From Thermofilum adornatum (GTDB lineage: Archaea; Thermoproteota; Thermoprotei; Thermofilales; Thermofilaceae): a stretch of 32,000 nt of DNA. The translations under genes were made by a program, and so were the position numbers. The stretch spans positions 90,001 through 122,000 of the forward strand of contig NC_022093.1 in the NCBI RefSeq assembly GCF_000446015.1. Direction: 5' to 3'. Below the pieces are notes generated by a model. It was not told the origin of the DNA, did no database searches, and worked only from the letters and a program-made list of their open reading frames with translations. Below, in pieces: positions 1 through 8,321 of this stretch. Positions within the stretch are counted from its first letter, which is position 1. The number at the start of each line of letters is the position of its first letter.

Positions 1-516
1 ATAACAGAGACTATTGTCAACTTAACAATGGCATTCCCAGCAATCGTCGTAGGAACCGGGATACTTGTCCTCTATACATTCCTGGGGCTTAGGGGCAACA
101 TGTGGGCTCTAATACCTGCACACATGTTCTTCGCCATTCCATTTTCCCTTAGAAGCATAACAGCCTCGTTTATGCAGGTTCCAAAGGACTTAGAGGAGGT
201 TGCGAGAGTATTCGGCGCGACGAGGTTGCAGGTGATACAGAAGGTTTACCTTCCACTGACTTGGAGAGGCATGCTTTCTGCATTCATTTTCTCAATGGCG
301 ATTTCGCTCAATGAATTCGTAATGACACAGCTACTGGGAGCACCCTCAGTAAAGACGCTCACAATAGTTGTTTACGAGCTTATAAGGGGCTACGCAATTT
401 CTCCTCCAAGGGCCGCGGCAGTGAGCCTGTTTATACTCCTTCCGAGCTTGATTGGTGGAATTTTGTCTGAAAAATATTTGCGTGTATCCCTGTCTCTTGC
501 AGGAGGTGGTAGGTAA
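1..516 (+). CDS. ABC transporter permease, C-terminal part (5' end outside the window)
   Basis: The frame is open from base 1, with no stop before the first Met at 28. The protein is hydrophobic and multi-helix, with an EAA-loop-like segment (DLEEVARVFGATRLQVIQKVYLPL) typical of binding-protein-dependent permeases. The TAA stop at 514-516 directly abuts the ATG of the ATPase at 517. Confidence 0.85.
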   Translation: MTETIVNLTMAFPAIVVGTGILVLYTFLGLRGNMWALIPAHMFFAIPFSLRSITASFMQVPKDLEEVARVFGATRLQVIQKVYLPLTWRGMLSAFIFSMAISLNEFVMTQLLGAPSVKTLTIVVYELIRGYAISPPRAAAVSLFILLPSLIGGILSEKYLRVSLSLAGGGR

Positions 517-1599
517 ATGGTAAAAATAGAATTGGTAGACGTATATAAGGGGTATTATGGCGGCAAAGTGGTTGCAGCAGAGATTCCATACCTAGAGATA
601 AGAGACAGAGAATTCTTTGGACTGCTGGGTCCCTCTGGGAGCGGAAAAACAACGACACTACGTATAATTGCTGGTCTAACGATGCCTGACAGGGGCAAGG
701 TGCTGATAGATGGTGAAGACATAACCTATGTGCCGCCAGAAAAACGTGGACTTGGAATGGTTTTTCAGAGCTGGGCTCTGTTCCCACATCTCACGGTATA
801 CGAGAACATTGCCTTTGGCCTGAGACTGAAAAAGGTTCCAGATGACGAGATCTCTCGAAAGGTTAAGTGGGCTGCAGAGCTTCTACGCATAGAGGAGCTC
901 TTGGATAGGTATCCCTACCAGCTCAGCGGTGGACAACAGCAGAGAGTTGCAGTTGCTAGAGCCATTGTAGTTGAGCCACGGGCTTTGCTATTCGACGAGC
1001 CTTTAAGCAATCTTGATGCAAAACTTAGGGAACAAGTTAGGTTTGAACTCAGCAGGCTACAAAAAGAGCTAGGCATAACGTCTATCTATGTCACTCATGA
1101 CCAGGCAGAGGCACTTGTAATGTGTGACAGAATTGCAGTAATGAACAAGGGCAGGATAGAACAGCTTGGAACACCAGAAGAGATATACAGCTCGCCTGCC
1201 ACCCCCTTTGTAGCTGAGTTCATGGGGGTCACAACCCTTATCCCAGGAAATATCATAGAAGTTCTTAACCCCTCAGCTGGAATTGTGAGAGTTCAAATAG
1301 AGAACAGCGACATAACGCTTGTTGCAAGGACCCGTGTCGAGAAAGCCAGCTTAGGCAATCCTGTACTCTTAGCAGTGAGGCCAGAACTCGTCGAACTAGC
1401 AAGCGGTGGAGAACAAACAAATGTTGTCGAGGCAAAGATTTTGGCTTCGTCGTATCTAGGCGACCACATGGAATACATCCTCGGTCTTGGAGAATACCAG
1501 ACAAGGCTCAGAACGTCTACAAGTATACGGCTACAGCCAGGCGAAAAGGTAAGAATAACTTTAGACGCGAAAAGGCTCTTCGCTGTCCCCCGCCAATAA
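517..1599 (+). CDS. ABC transporter ATP-binding protein (MalK/PotA/UgpC-like, with a C-terminal TOBE-like regulatory domain)
   Basis: Walker A GPSGSGKTT, ABC signature LSGGQQQRVAVARA, Walker B LLFDEPLS and H-loop VTHD are all present. At 360 aa it has an extra roughly 120-aa C-terminal beta-rich domain. Confidence 0.95.
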   Translation: MVKIELVDVYKGYYGGKVVAAEIPYLEIRDREFFGLLGPSGSGKTTTLRIIAGLTMPDRGKVLIDGEDITYVPPEKRGLGMVFQSWALFPHLTVYENIAFGLRLKKVPDDEISRKVKWAAELLRIEELLDRYPYQLSGGQQQRVAVARAIVVEPRALLFDEPLSNLDAKLREQVRFELSRLQKELGITSIYVTHDQAEALVMCDRIAVMNKGRIEQLGTPEEIYSSPATPFVAEFMGVTTLIPGNIIEVLNPSAGIVRVQIENSDITLVARTRVEKASLGNPVLLAVRPELVELASGGEQTNVVEAKILASSYLGDHMEYILGLGEYQTRLRTSTSIRLQPGEKVRITLDAKRLFAVPRQ

Positions 1600-1610
1600 A
1601 GAGTCACAAC

Positions 1611-2324
1611 TTATTTTCCAATAGTTTTTCTGATTAATTCTGAGTTGTCAGCTGTGATAAAGTCTGCTCCGTTTTCTACGGCGCTGAGGGCTTCCTCGGG
1701 AGTATTTATGTTCCAGACGTTGACTAGAAGCCCTTTTCTGTGGGCTATCTCTGAGAACTGTTCCTCGAATAGTAGGCTGTGAATGCTGACTATGTCTGCT
1801 ACCTTTGCGGCGGAGAGAATGGCTTGGGGGGTTGGGTTTGGCAGGTCTGCTAGGGTAGGTATGCCCGGAACCAGTCTCTTAACGTTGAGCAATACGCCCC
1901 AGTTGCCTGAGAGGATTACTGTCCTGTCTTCGAGGCCCCACTGGAGGACTTTTCCGAGGACTTCCTCCTCTATTCCAGGCATTTTTATCTCGATGAAGGC
2001 GCCTACATTCGAGGAGGCTATTATGTCTAGGTATTCTTCTAGGAGTGGAACCTGTACGCCTTTGAATTTCTCTGAGAACCATGACCCTGCATCTAGGCTC
2101 CTGATATAGTCGATTGTTTTTTCGAAGACAAAGCCCTCGCCGTTTGTTGTCCGTTTAAGGGAAGGATCATGGATACATACGATTGCTCCGTCCCGTGTCC
2201 TATACACGTCTGTTTCTACAAAGTCTGCCCCGTCTTTTATGGCTTGCTCAAAGGCCGGCAATGTGTTTTCGGGCGCCTTTGTGCTTGAGCCTCTGTGGGC
2301 TACAATGAATATTTTTCGTGCCAC
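1611..2324 (-). CDS. ugpQ: Glycerophosphodiester phosphodiesterase (GDPD family, cytoplasmic UgpQ-like)
   Basis: The N-terminal GDPD signature is present: IVAHRGSSTKAPENTLPAFEQAIKDGADFVETDV. The protein is 237 aa with no signal peptide. Confidence 0.85.
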   Translation of the reverse strand: MARKIFIVAHRGSSTKAPENTLPAFEQAIKDGADFVETDVYRTRDGAIVCIHDPSLKRTTNGEGFVFEKTIDYIRSLDAGSWFSEKFKGVQVPLLEEYLDIIASSNVGAFIEIKMPGIEEEVLGKVLQWGLEDRTVILSGNWGVLLNVKRLVPGIPTLADLPNPTPQAILSAAKVADIVSIHSLLFEEQFSEIAHRKGLLVNVWNINTPEEALSAVENGADFITADNSELIRKTIGK

Positions 2325-2362
2325 ATCCCATTAGAGAACGTGTTATCCAAAAAAATTATTGT

Positions 2363-2956
2363 TCACTTTATTTGTTCTGCCAATGCTTCTAGGCATTCAT
2401 TATTTACCTTGAAGTTCAATGGTTCAGGGAGGTCTTCTCTGACACCTACTCTACGACTTCTAAGGACACATTTGTCTTCTATTGCTAGGTAGTCGAGTAT
2501 CTTTAGTCGGGAGTCTTCACGGCAAAGAAAACATCCGTGAAGAGACTTATCGATGGAAAGATACCTTGTAAGCCTTCCTGGCCCAAATATCGGTCTAAAA
2601 ATGTTAAATTCCTCTCCTTGTCTTTCCACTGGCAGAATCGATCTTACAAGGACGGCCCCGTATTCTCCCGGAGGATGTGCAACAATGTTTAGGAGCCACT
2701 GTCTATGGATACCGTAGACAAGAGCCGTGCATACAGGGCCCCTCATTACTTCTGCGAGGTTTCCTCCCCTGCGGGCTCGTGACGCGGGGTCTTCTATGCC
2801 GAAATAGGGCTCTGTCTCTATAATGATACCCATGCGTTGAGAGTCTGTGTTGTAGAGTATTTTTCCCAAGAGTTCCCTCGCTACAATTTGTGGGCTTCTC
2901 TCGTAGAACCACTTTTCAAGCATTTTGAAATTCATTTTAACCATTAGGGGCAACAA
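2363..2956 (-). CDS. mpg: DNA-3-methyladenine glycosylase (MPG/AAG family)
   Basis: Family-typical blocks are FYERSPQIVARELLGKIL, IIIETEPYFGIEDPASRARRG and ALVYGIHRQWLLNIV. The true start may be one of the internal Met codons (MNFKM / MLEKW). Confidence 0.8.
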   Translation of the reverse strand: MLPLMVKMNFKMLEKWFYERSPQIVARELLGKILYNTDSQRMGIIIETEPYFGIEDPASRARRGGNLAEVMRGPVCTALVYGIHRQWLLNIVAHPPGEYGAVLVRSILPVERQGEEFNIFRPIFGPGRLTRYLSIDKSLHGCFLCREDSRLKILDYLAIEDKCVLRSRRVGVREDLPEPLNFKVNNECLEALAEQIK

Positions 2957-3088
2957 TGAGAGTAGATTAATTTTTATGTTTTATAAAACTCAACTAAAAT
3001 TTTGTTCTTTGGTAAATTTCAAATTCCACTTAAAACCACTTTAATCCTTATTTCCAACTTATTTTACAATGTACCCTGGTGAAAAACA

Positions 3089-4165
3089 ATGAACAAAACA
3101 ATAGCTGCACTGGTAATAGCCCTACTAGTAGTGACACAGGTCTTCGCATCAACGATAGTAGTATCCCAGCCAGGAACAACAGACCAAGAAAAACTCAGCA
3201 GACACATTAGCTTCCTATATAACCAAACAGTTAGGCTGGAGAACTTCATCAACTCCCACGTAGCGAATGAAACAAAGAAACAAGAACTACTGGGAGAAAT
3301 ATCAAGTGTCAAGAACATCCTCGACCAAGCTAAGAACACGCTTGCCGCTGGCGACTTAAACCAGACAAGGGAGCTTATTAGGCAAGCATCATCCGAGCTA
3401 AGAGCGATAGCTCTCCAGCTTACAAAAGAGATTAGGGAACGCGCACAAGAGAGAAAACAAAGATTCATAGAGGCTGAGATAAGAGCCCTCACCAACCAGG
3501 TCGCAGCATTGTCAAGGGTGGCTGAAAAATTCAAGAGCCTCGGAGCTGATGTGTCTAACGTTACAAGCCTCCTTACCAGCGCCTCGAACCTACTCAGCCA
3601 AGCACAGACATCCCTAAAGAACAATGACACCACGAAAGCTTTACAGCTCCTAGCACAAGCACGGGAACAAATAAAACAGGCAGAGAAATCTATACGGGAC
3701 CTAGCGACACAGCTTAGGGCCAGACAGGTACAAAAAGACTTGGAACATTTTGTCAACGCTACGCAACGTATATATGAGAGACTTGAAAAATTCGCCCCAA
3801 ACATTGCCCAGATGTTTAAGAACTGGAGCGATACCAGGATAAAGGAGGCCCAGTCCCTGATATCACAAGGAAAAAATGTGGAGGCCCTATTGAAGCTACG
3901 CCAAAGCTTCTTCGAGATGAACCATGTCGTCGCCGGTCTAATGGAGCTTGGAAGAGTGGAAACCACACTTCGAGAAACTGAGAATATTGCCAAGGTTATC
4001 CGCACATGCAACGCCACTTTGGCGTCCCTAATTGATAGCAAGGTACAAGAGATACGGGTTGCCACGAATAACAAGGACCTGCAGAAGGTCCACGAGCTTA
4101 TGGGCGAGCTTAGACAGCTAATAGCACAGTCAAGATTTGCATGCAGACCGGCTAGGAAAAAATAA
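3089..4165 (+). CDS. Secreted or N-terminally anchored coiled-coil protein (hypothetical)
   Basis: The N-terminus looks like a signal peptide or anchor (MNKTIAALVIALLVVTQVFAS). The rest is Gln/Leu/Lys/Glu/Ala-rich helical sequence with heptad-like character. It carries eight N-x-S/T sequons. I recognise no enzymatic motif. Confidence 0.7.
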   Translation: MNKTIAALVIALLVVTQVFASTIVVSQPGTTDQEKLSRHISFLYNQTVRLENFINSHVANETKKQELLGEISSVKNILDQAKNTLAAGDLNQTRELIRQASSELRAIALQLTKEIRERAQERKQRFIEAEIRALTNQVAALSRVAEKFKSLGADVSNVTSLLTSASNLLSQAQTSLKNNDTTKALQLLAQAREQIKQAEKSIRDLATQLRARQVQKDLEHFVNATQRIYERLEKFAPNIAQMFKNWSDTRIKEAQSLISQGKNVEALLKLRQSFFEMNHVVAGLMELGRVETTLRETENIAKVIRTCNATLASLIDSKVQEIRVATNNKDLQKVHELMGELRQLIAQSRFACRPARKK

Positions 4166-4186
4166 AATATTTTTTCTTTTCTATTT

Positions 4187-6088
4187 TTATAGGCCTAGAA
4201 TCTTTCTTATCCAGTTTACTAGATTTTCGAACGCCAGGCTTATCTTCAGCAAGATGTCTTGTATCCAGTCACCAATGTTTTTGCTGGGTTGCGGGTTGCT
4301 TGGAGCGCTAGGTGTCTGGCTGGGCTGGCTTGGTGTAGTTGATTCTCCTTGCTTTGGCTGTTGGACTGTTTCCTTGAGATTAATGGTTTTAAGCAGGTCT
4401 TGGACGAGTTCTCCAAGCTGTGAGCTCAGCTTCAAATATGCCAGGCGATCCTGTAGCTCGGCGCCGCTAGACTGGTTTAGATAGTATATTGAGGCAATCA
4501 TGTCTGGATATGTTGACGCGACTGCCATGGCGTTTTTCCTCGAGACTTCTGTATAGGGATCTTTTCCTGATGCCTGTGCCTGGAAGTAGAGCATGGCCGC
4601 CTCTGCCAGTGCAATGCTTCTAGCAGCCGCTATTGCGGCGAACAGTGGCTTCTTGGAAGAGTAGAGGCTGGTTGCCAGCGTATAGTATATCTGTGAAGAG
4701 TCGATTAATGTTAGGTCTCCACCAGCCTCGCTGAGTACTGAGTATATGTATGGCCACGTACTCCTAGCTACTGAGATATATGTTGCAGCTACCTGTGAAG
4801 AGTCTGGTAAAACCCCTGCCTGTAGACCGTTGCTCCAGGCTTTTGCTTCATCTATGAGGGCCGACGAAAAAGCTATGTTTTGAAGGGCTGTTGATGGGTC
4901 TGTATTCCACATGTTTGCTGACTCGTTGTATAGTTTGAGTGCCTGGACTGTCTTGTCTATTGAGAGCGTAAGGATGTTGAGTTCTAGGACGTTTCTGGGT
5001 GCCTTGTTGCTTAGTTCATCAATTGTTGCAGTTATCTGGTCCGAGATGGCCTGCACTTGTTGGTCTAGCTGTACATTTGAATAGTAGTCTACTAAGAGCT
5101 TTATCCATCTAGAGATGGCTATGCTTGATGTGAGTAGCGAAATGGATGATACATCTCTGGTGGATGCCCGAGACAAGTAGCTTTTTGCATATCTATCCAA
5201 GTAAGAGTTCAGGGTGGACTTGCCGACGCTTGTCAGCCTCGATGCGTTGACTTTTGTGTATGCCTCGTTAAGCTCCCTTTGTGCAATCTGTGTGAGCTGG
5301 CTTCTAACCTTATCTATAATCTTTATAGCATCGCTACTCAGATATGGTGCTGTGGTATAGCTTGCAGGAATTTTGACGCCGAAAAAGTAGTACAGAGCAT
5401 CAGTCAGAGTGGTGACCTCGACAACCCTGAGACCCCAATTCTTGTGGGCGTAGTCCGTAAGATTGATGACTACCGGCTGGGTTGTGTAGTAGCGGAAGGG
5501 TCCAATTCTCTTTACAACTGTCTGGTACTGTGTGACAATGCTCTGTCCAGGGGGGACAAGAAATATTTTTGCACCAGCCTGGGCCACTGCCTGGGCCTTC
5601 TCGTATACACCTCCGACTGGACCCACTGTGCCGTCTGGGGAGATCATTCCTGTAACTGTTACAGAGCGGTTTATGGGCTTGCCTGTTAGGGCCGAGTAGA
5701 CCGCGATCGACATGGCCACTCCTGCACTTGGACCCCCAATGATTACCGCGTCTCCCTGGACTTTGAAGTAGTAGTTGTAGTTGGAAAAGTTGAGACCAAG
5801 AAGCCTCGTAACTACCCTGGCAGCCGCTGTAGCGGCGCCCTGGAAGTCTTCCTGTGTGAGTGAATAAGTCGACACGTACACGTCTCCCCATCCCTCGGTC
5901 ACAAATACGGAGATGTTTGTAGCGGAGCCTATCATTCCTGTCGAGGTTTGTGCCACTGCCGGCGCTAGTATCCAGGCGGAGCCAATTATCTTGAGTTGGC
6001 CCTGGGACGGCGCTGACAAAGAGGTAGGGACAAGGCTCAGCAGGAAAATCACTAAAATTATTGGTGCAAACAGCTTTCTATAGCTCAT
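4187..6088 (-). CDS. Secreted S16 (Lon C-terminal proteolytic domain) serine protease with a long helical C-terminal region
   Basis: Signal peptide MSYRKLFAPIILVIFLLSLVPTSLSA. The Lon-type catalytic block is IIGGPSAGVAMSIAVYSALTG...VTGMISPDGTVGPVGGVYEKAQAVAQAGAKIFLVP. Ser121 (GPSAG) and Lys164 are 43 residues apart, as in Lon. About 400 aa of helical sequence follow, then a Pro/Ser/Gln linker (TTPSQPSQTPSAPSNPQPS) and an amphipathic C-terminal helix. Confidence 0.8.
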   Translation of the reverse strand: MSYRKLFAPIILVIFLLSLVPTSLSAPSQGQLKIIGSAWILAPAVAQTSTGMIGSATNISVFVTEGWGDVYVSTYSLTQEDFQGAATAAARVVTRLLGLNFSNYNYYFKVQGDAVIIGGPSAGVAMSIAVYSALTGKPINRSVTVTGMISPDGTVGPVGGVYEKAQAVAQAGAKIFLVPPGQSIVTQYQTVVKRIGPFRYYTTQPVVINLTDYAHKNWGLRVVEVTTLTDALYYFFGVKIPASYTTAPYLSSDAIKIIDKVRSQLTQIAQRELNEAYTKVNASRLTSVGKSTLNSYLDRYAKSYLSRASTRDVSSISLLTSSIAISRWIKLLVDYYSNVQLDQQVQAISDQITATIDELSNKAPRNVLELNILTLSIDKTVQALKLYNESANMWNTDPSTALQNIAFSSALIDEAKAWSNGLQAGVLPDSSQVAATYISVARSTWPYIYSVLSEAGGDLTLIDSSQIYYTLATSLYSSKKPLFAAIAAARSIALAEAAMLYFQAQASGKDPYTEVSRKNAMAVASTYPDMIASIYYLNQSSGAELQDRLAYLKLSSQLGELVQDLLKTINLKETVQQPKQGESTTPSQPSQTPSAPSNPQPSKNIGDWIQDILLKISLAFENLVNWIRKILGL

Positions 6089-6188
6089 ATGTGTGAAAGG
6101 ACACTACACGATATTTAACGGTTATGTACTTGAAGACTACTCTGGGGGGCACATAAATTTATCTCCCAGAACAATATGTAACATAGAT

Positions 6189-6539
6189 ATGATTGTTGAG
6201 GAATACTCATTCGGCAAAATCCGCGTACACGGAAAGACATACACTAACGATGTAATTGTTACCCCTGAGAAAGTAGTATGCGAAAAGTGGTGGAGGAAAG
6301 AGGGCCACAAAGTTTTCCTTGAAGACATTAAGCAATTTTTGCTAGAATACTCTCCCAGGATAGTCGTTTTTGGGACAGGTTACCATGGACTTGTCAAGGT
6401 ACAGAGGGAAGTTTACAGTTTCTTAGAGGAAAAAGGCATAGAGATATACGCTCTGCCGACACGTGACGCGGTTAGGCTATTCAACGAGATAGCTACACGT
6501 GAAAAGAGCATTCTCGGCGCTTTCCACTTGACGTGTTGA
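6189..6539 (+). CDS. MTH938-like (DUF498 / NDUFAF3-like) domain protein
   Basis: The pattern FGKIRVHGKTYTNDVIVTPEKV...WWRKEGHKVFLEDI...PRIVVFGTGYHGLVKV...LEEKGIEIYALPTRDAVRLFNEI matches the MTH938 fold family. The ORF track extends it to a GTG at 6093. The ATG at 6189 gives the family-typical length of about 116 aa. Confidence 0.65.
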   Translation: MIVEEYSFGKIRVHGKTYTNDVIVTPEKVVCEKWWRKEGHKVFLEDIKQFLLEYSPRIVVFGTGYHGLVKVQREVYSFLEEKGIEIYALPTRDAVRLFNEIATREKSILGAFHLTC

Positions 6540-6579
6540 GGCTAGAAAAATACTTAAGGATGGTAAAACAATTTCTAAT

Positions 6580-6636
6580 GGGATGAAGAGGGGACAAAGC
6601 TCGGCTCCCCGTGAAGAAGCCGCTACTGTCTGACCG
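6580..6636 (+). ncRNA. Weak candidate C/D-box sRNA
   Basis: The layout is: ATGAAGA (6583-6589), a 12-nt spacer, CGGC (6602-6605), a 5-nt loop, GTGAAGA (6611-6617), a 12-nt spacer, then CTGA (6630-6633). Spacing is canonical for archaeal C/D sRNAs. However, both C-type boxes read UGAAGA instead of UGAUGA, and the D' box lacks GA. It lies in a 222-bp spacer between convergent genes. Confidence 0.25.
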
Positions 6637-6761
6637 GCACGCTAAATTTTACATACTGCAATAGTGTATTACATTTTTTGCTAGAAGGTATCCTGTCCTT
6701 GGTGCTTTGTTAAGTATTCTTCAGGACTCAATATCTCAAAAATGCCTTAAGTCAAGAATTA

Positions 6762-7085
6762 TCAAATTCTCATTCTCGTTTTCCTAATAATATCATCTAC
6801 AGAGTCTGATCCGAAAAATTCTAATATGTGCTTCCTGGCTTCCTCCACGTCTATTTCAAAGGTGTCTCCTGGTCCCAGGTCTTGTCGAGAAGACCCTTCA
6901 ATAGTCAACTTAAACATTGATACGGGGATCCTCGACGAAACTGAGTAAGCTAGTAGTAACCGTCGTGTGGCTTCGGCTACTGCCTCACTCCTAGACTGAA
7001 AGTAGCCTTTAGCCACAAGATTGTCAAGTTCCTGGACTAAGAGTTCAGGTAAACGCACACGTAATAAAGCATTCTTTTTTCTCAT
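6762..7085 (-). CDS. Ribbon-helix-helix (CopG/Arc/MetJ-type) DNA-binding protein
   Basis: The N-terminus is RHH-like: LLRVRLPELLVQELDNLVAKGYFQSRSEAVAEATRRLLL (beta-strand, then two helices). An uncharacterised C-terminal domain of about 60 aa follows. Confidence 0.65.
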   Translation of the reverse strand: MRKKNALLRVRLPELLVQELDNLVAKGYFQSRSEAVAEATRRLLLAYSVSSRIPVSMFKLTIEGSSRQDLGPGDTFEIDVEEARKHILEFFGSDSVDDIIRKTRMRI

Positions 7086-7143
7086 ACTATAGATGACCCT
7101 CTAGTCTTCAGTTTTTATGCTATCTTTCTGTGTGTATTATAGT

Positions 7144-8226
7144 TTACTTATTCAGCAAAGTTCCCGTCTGTTGAGATGTATAGATACCTATCCTTGAAGC
7201 CTCCTCTCTAAATTGTTGTGACTGCAGTAGACTTATGAAATCTCTTATAGCATCTTTTCTGAGAAGCTCTTTTCTTGTCGCGAAGTCGAACTTTTCCCTA
7301 GCTAAAGGTATGAACTCGAGTCCTAGTTCATCTGCAACCCACCTGGGGCCAATTGTTACGTCTGCCTTTTTCATGAGCACAGCTAGAGATGCCTCTCTAT
7401 GGGAATAATATTCTGAACTATAGCCCCTAATTCTGCGTGTCAAGGCTTGGATCGGAGAGCCTATTTCCTTGGAGATTTCCCTTAATAGGTATTGGGTAAA
7501 GAGATGGGTGCCGCTTCCTTTATTCCTGTTTGCCAGTACAACGTCGCTTCGTAGGAGATCCTTTGGGCTCTGAATGTTTTTTGGATTTCCTTTTTCCACG
7601 ATGAATCCTATTTCTCTCCAGTATCCATGTATCAATACCAGGCCTTGGTACAGTTTTTTCCTCAAGACATTTGTGTTGTATTCTCCTGTCTCTGGGTCTA
7701 TGATATGTATTCCTGCAAGGTCAGAGTAGCCATTTACTAATAGCTCTAGGCCGAGCTGTGAGCCCACTTTCAAATATTCAGCCACTTTTCCTTTTTCTTC
7801 ATATAGGTGGATAAGGAGCTCAACCCCTGGACAGTCGCTTCCAGAGATTCTTAGGGTTGGCGAGAGGTCTGTTTCCCTTATCCTTTTCTGGACAAGCTTC
7901 GAGAGTACTCTGTACTTCTCAGTTAGTATTTGCGCTTGTAGTGTTAGGATGACTTTTCCTCCGCCGAGCCCGCCTTTCTCCCTTTTTACGAGGTAGAAGC
8001 CAAGCTCGTCCTCCATTCTTTTTATTCTTAGCCAGATCGTCCTGTAGCTGACGTTAAGCTCTGCCGATACCCTTCTAATAGATCCTTTTTCCCGTATAGC
8101 TTCCAGCAACTCTAGATCTTCTTGTGTTATTTTATGACCGGAGACTTCGAGTTCCACGTTTACTATTGGCTTTGCGTCTTTAAGCTCACGTAAGAGTCGC
8201 ATCGTTTCAGCATTCGTCAAGACCAA
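7144..8226 (-). CDS. ModE-like HTH plus PBP-like domain transcriptional regulator (putative tungstate/molybdate-responsive)
   Basis: The N-terminus resembles the ModE/LysR-type HTH (LELLEAIREKGSIRRVSAELNVSYRTIWLRIKRMEDELGFYLVKREKGGLGGG). A roughly 230-aa periplasmic-binding-protein-like domain follows. It lies directly downstream of tupABC on the same strand. The ORF-track start at 8226 is TTG; the ATG at 8202 (MRLLRELK) is a likelier start. Confidence 0.7.
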   Translation of the reverse strand: MVLTNAETMRLLRELKDAKPIVNVELEVSGHKITQEDLELLEAIREKGSIRRVSAELNVSYRTIWLRIKRMEDELGFYLVKREKGGLGGGKVILTLQAQILTEKYRVLSKLVQKRIRETDLSPTLRISGSDCPGVELLIHLYEEKGKVAEYLKVGSQLGLELLVNGYSDLAGIHIIDPETGEYNTNVLRKKLYQGLVLIHGYWREIGFIVEKGNPKNIQSPKDLLRSDVVLANRNKGSGTHLFTQYLLREISKEIGSPIQALTRRIRGYSSEYYSHREASLAVLMKKADVTIGPRWVADELGLEFIPLAREKFDFATRKELLRKDAIRDFISLLQSQQFREEASRIGIYTSQQTGTLLNK

Positions 8227-8321
8227 TCAATAGATAATCCCTTGTACAAATATAATAATTCAACGAGCCACATGATCCAGAAAATTTCTCCCAGGTTTTC
8301 TAGAGGAAACACTAAACGAAA

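Noticed and set aside
3064-4074. 336-codon ORF on the minus strand, antisense to the coiled-coil protein gene
   Set aside because: Its translation is Ser/Cys/Leu/Phe-rich and low in complexity, with no motif. It is fully contained in the plus-strand gene, which has a proper signal peptide and a thermophile-like composition. Repetitive coiled-coil codon usage is known to leave stop-free antisense frames.
5279-5891. Two internal ORFs (136 aa plus strand, 163 aa minus strand in an alternative frame) within the S16 protease gene
   Set aside because: They overlap the Lon catalytic-domain coding frame and give Cys/Arg/Gly-rich implausible products. They are shadow ORFs.
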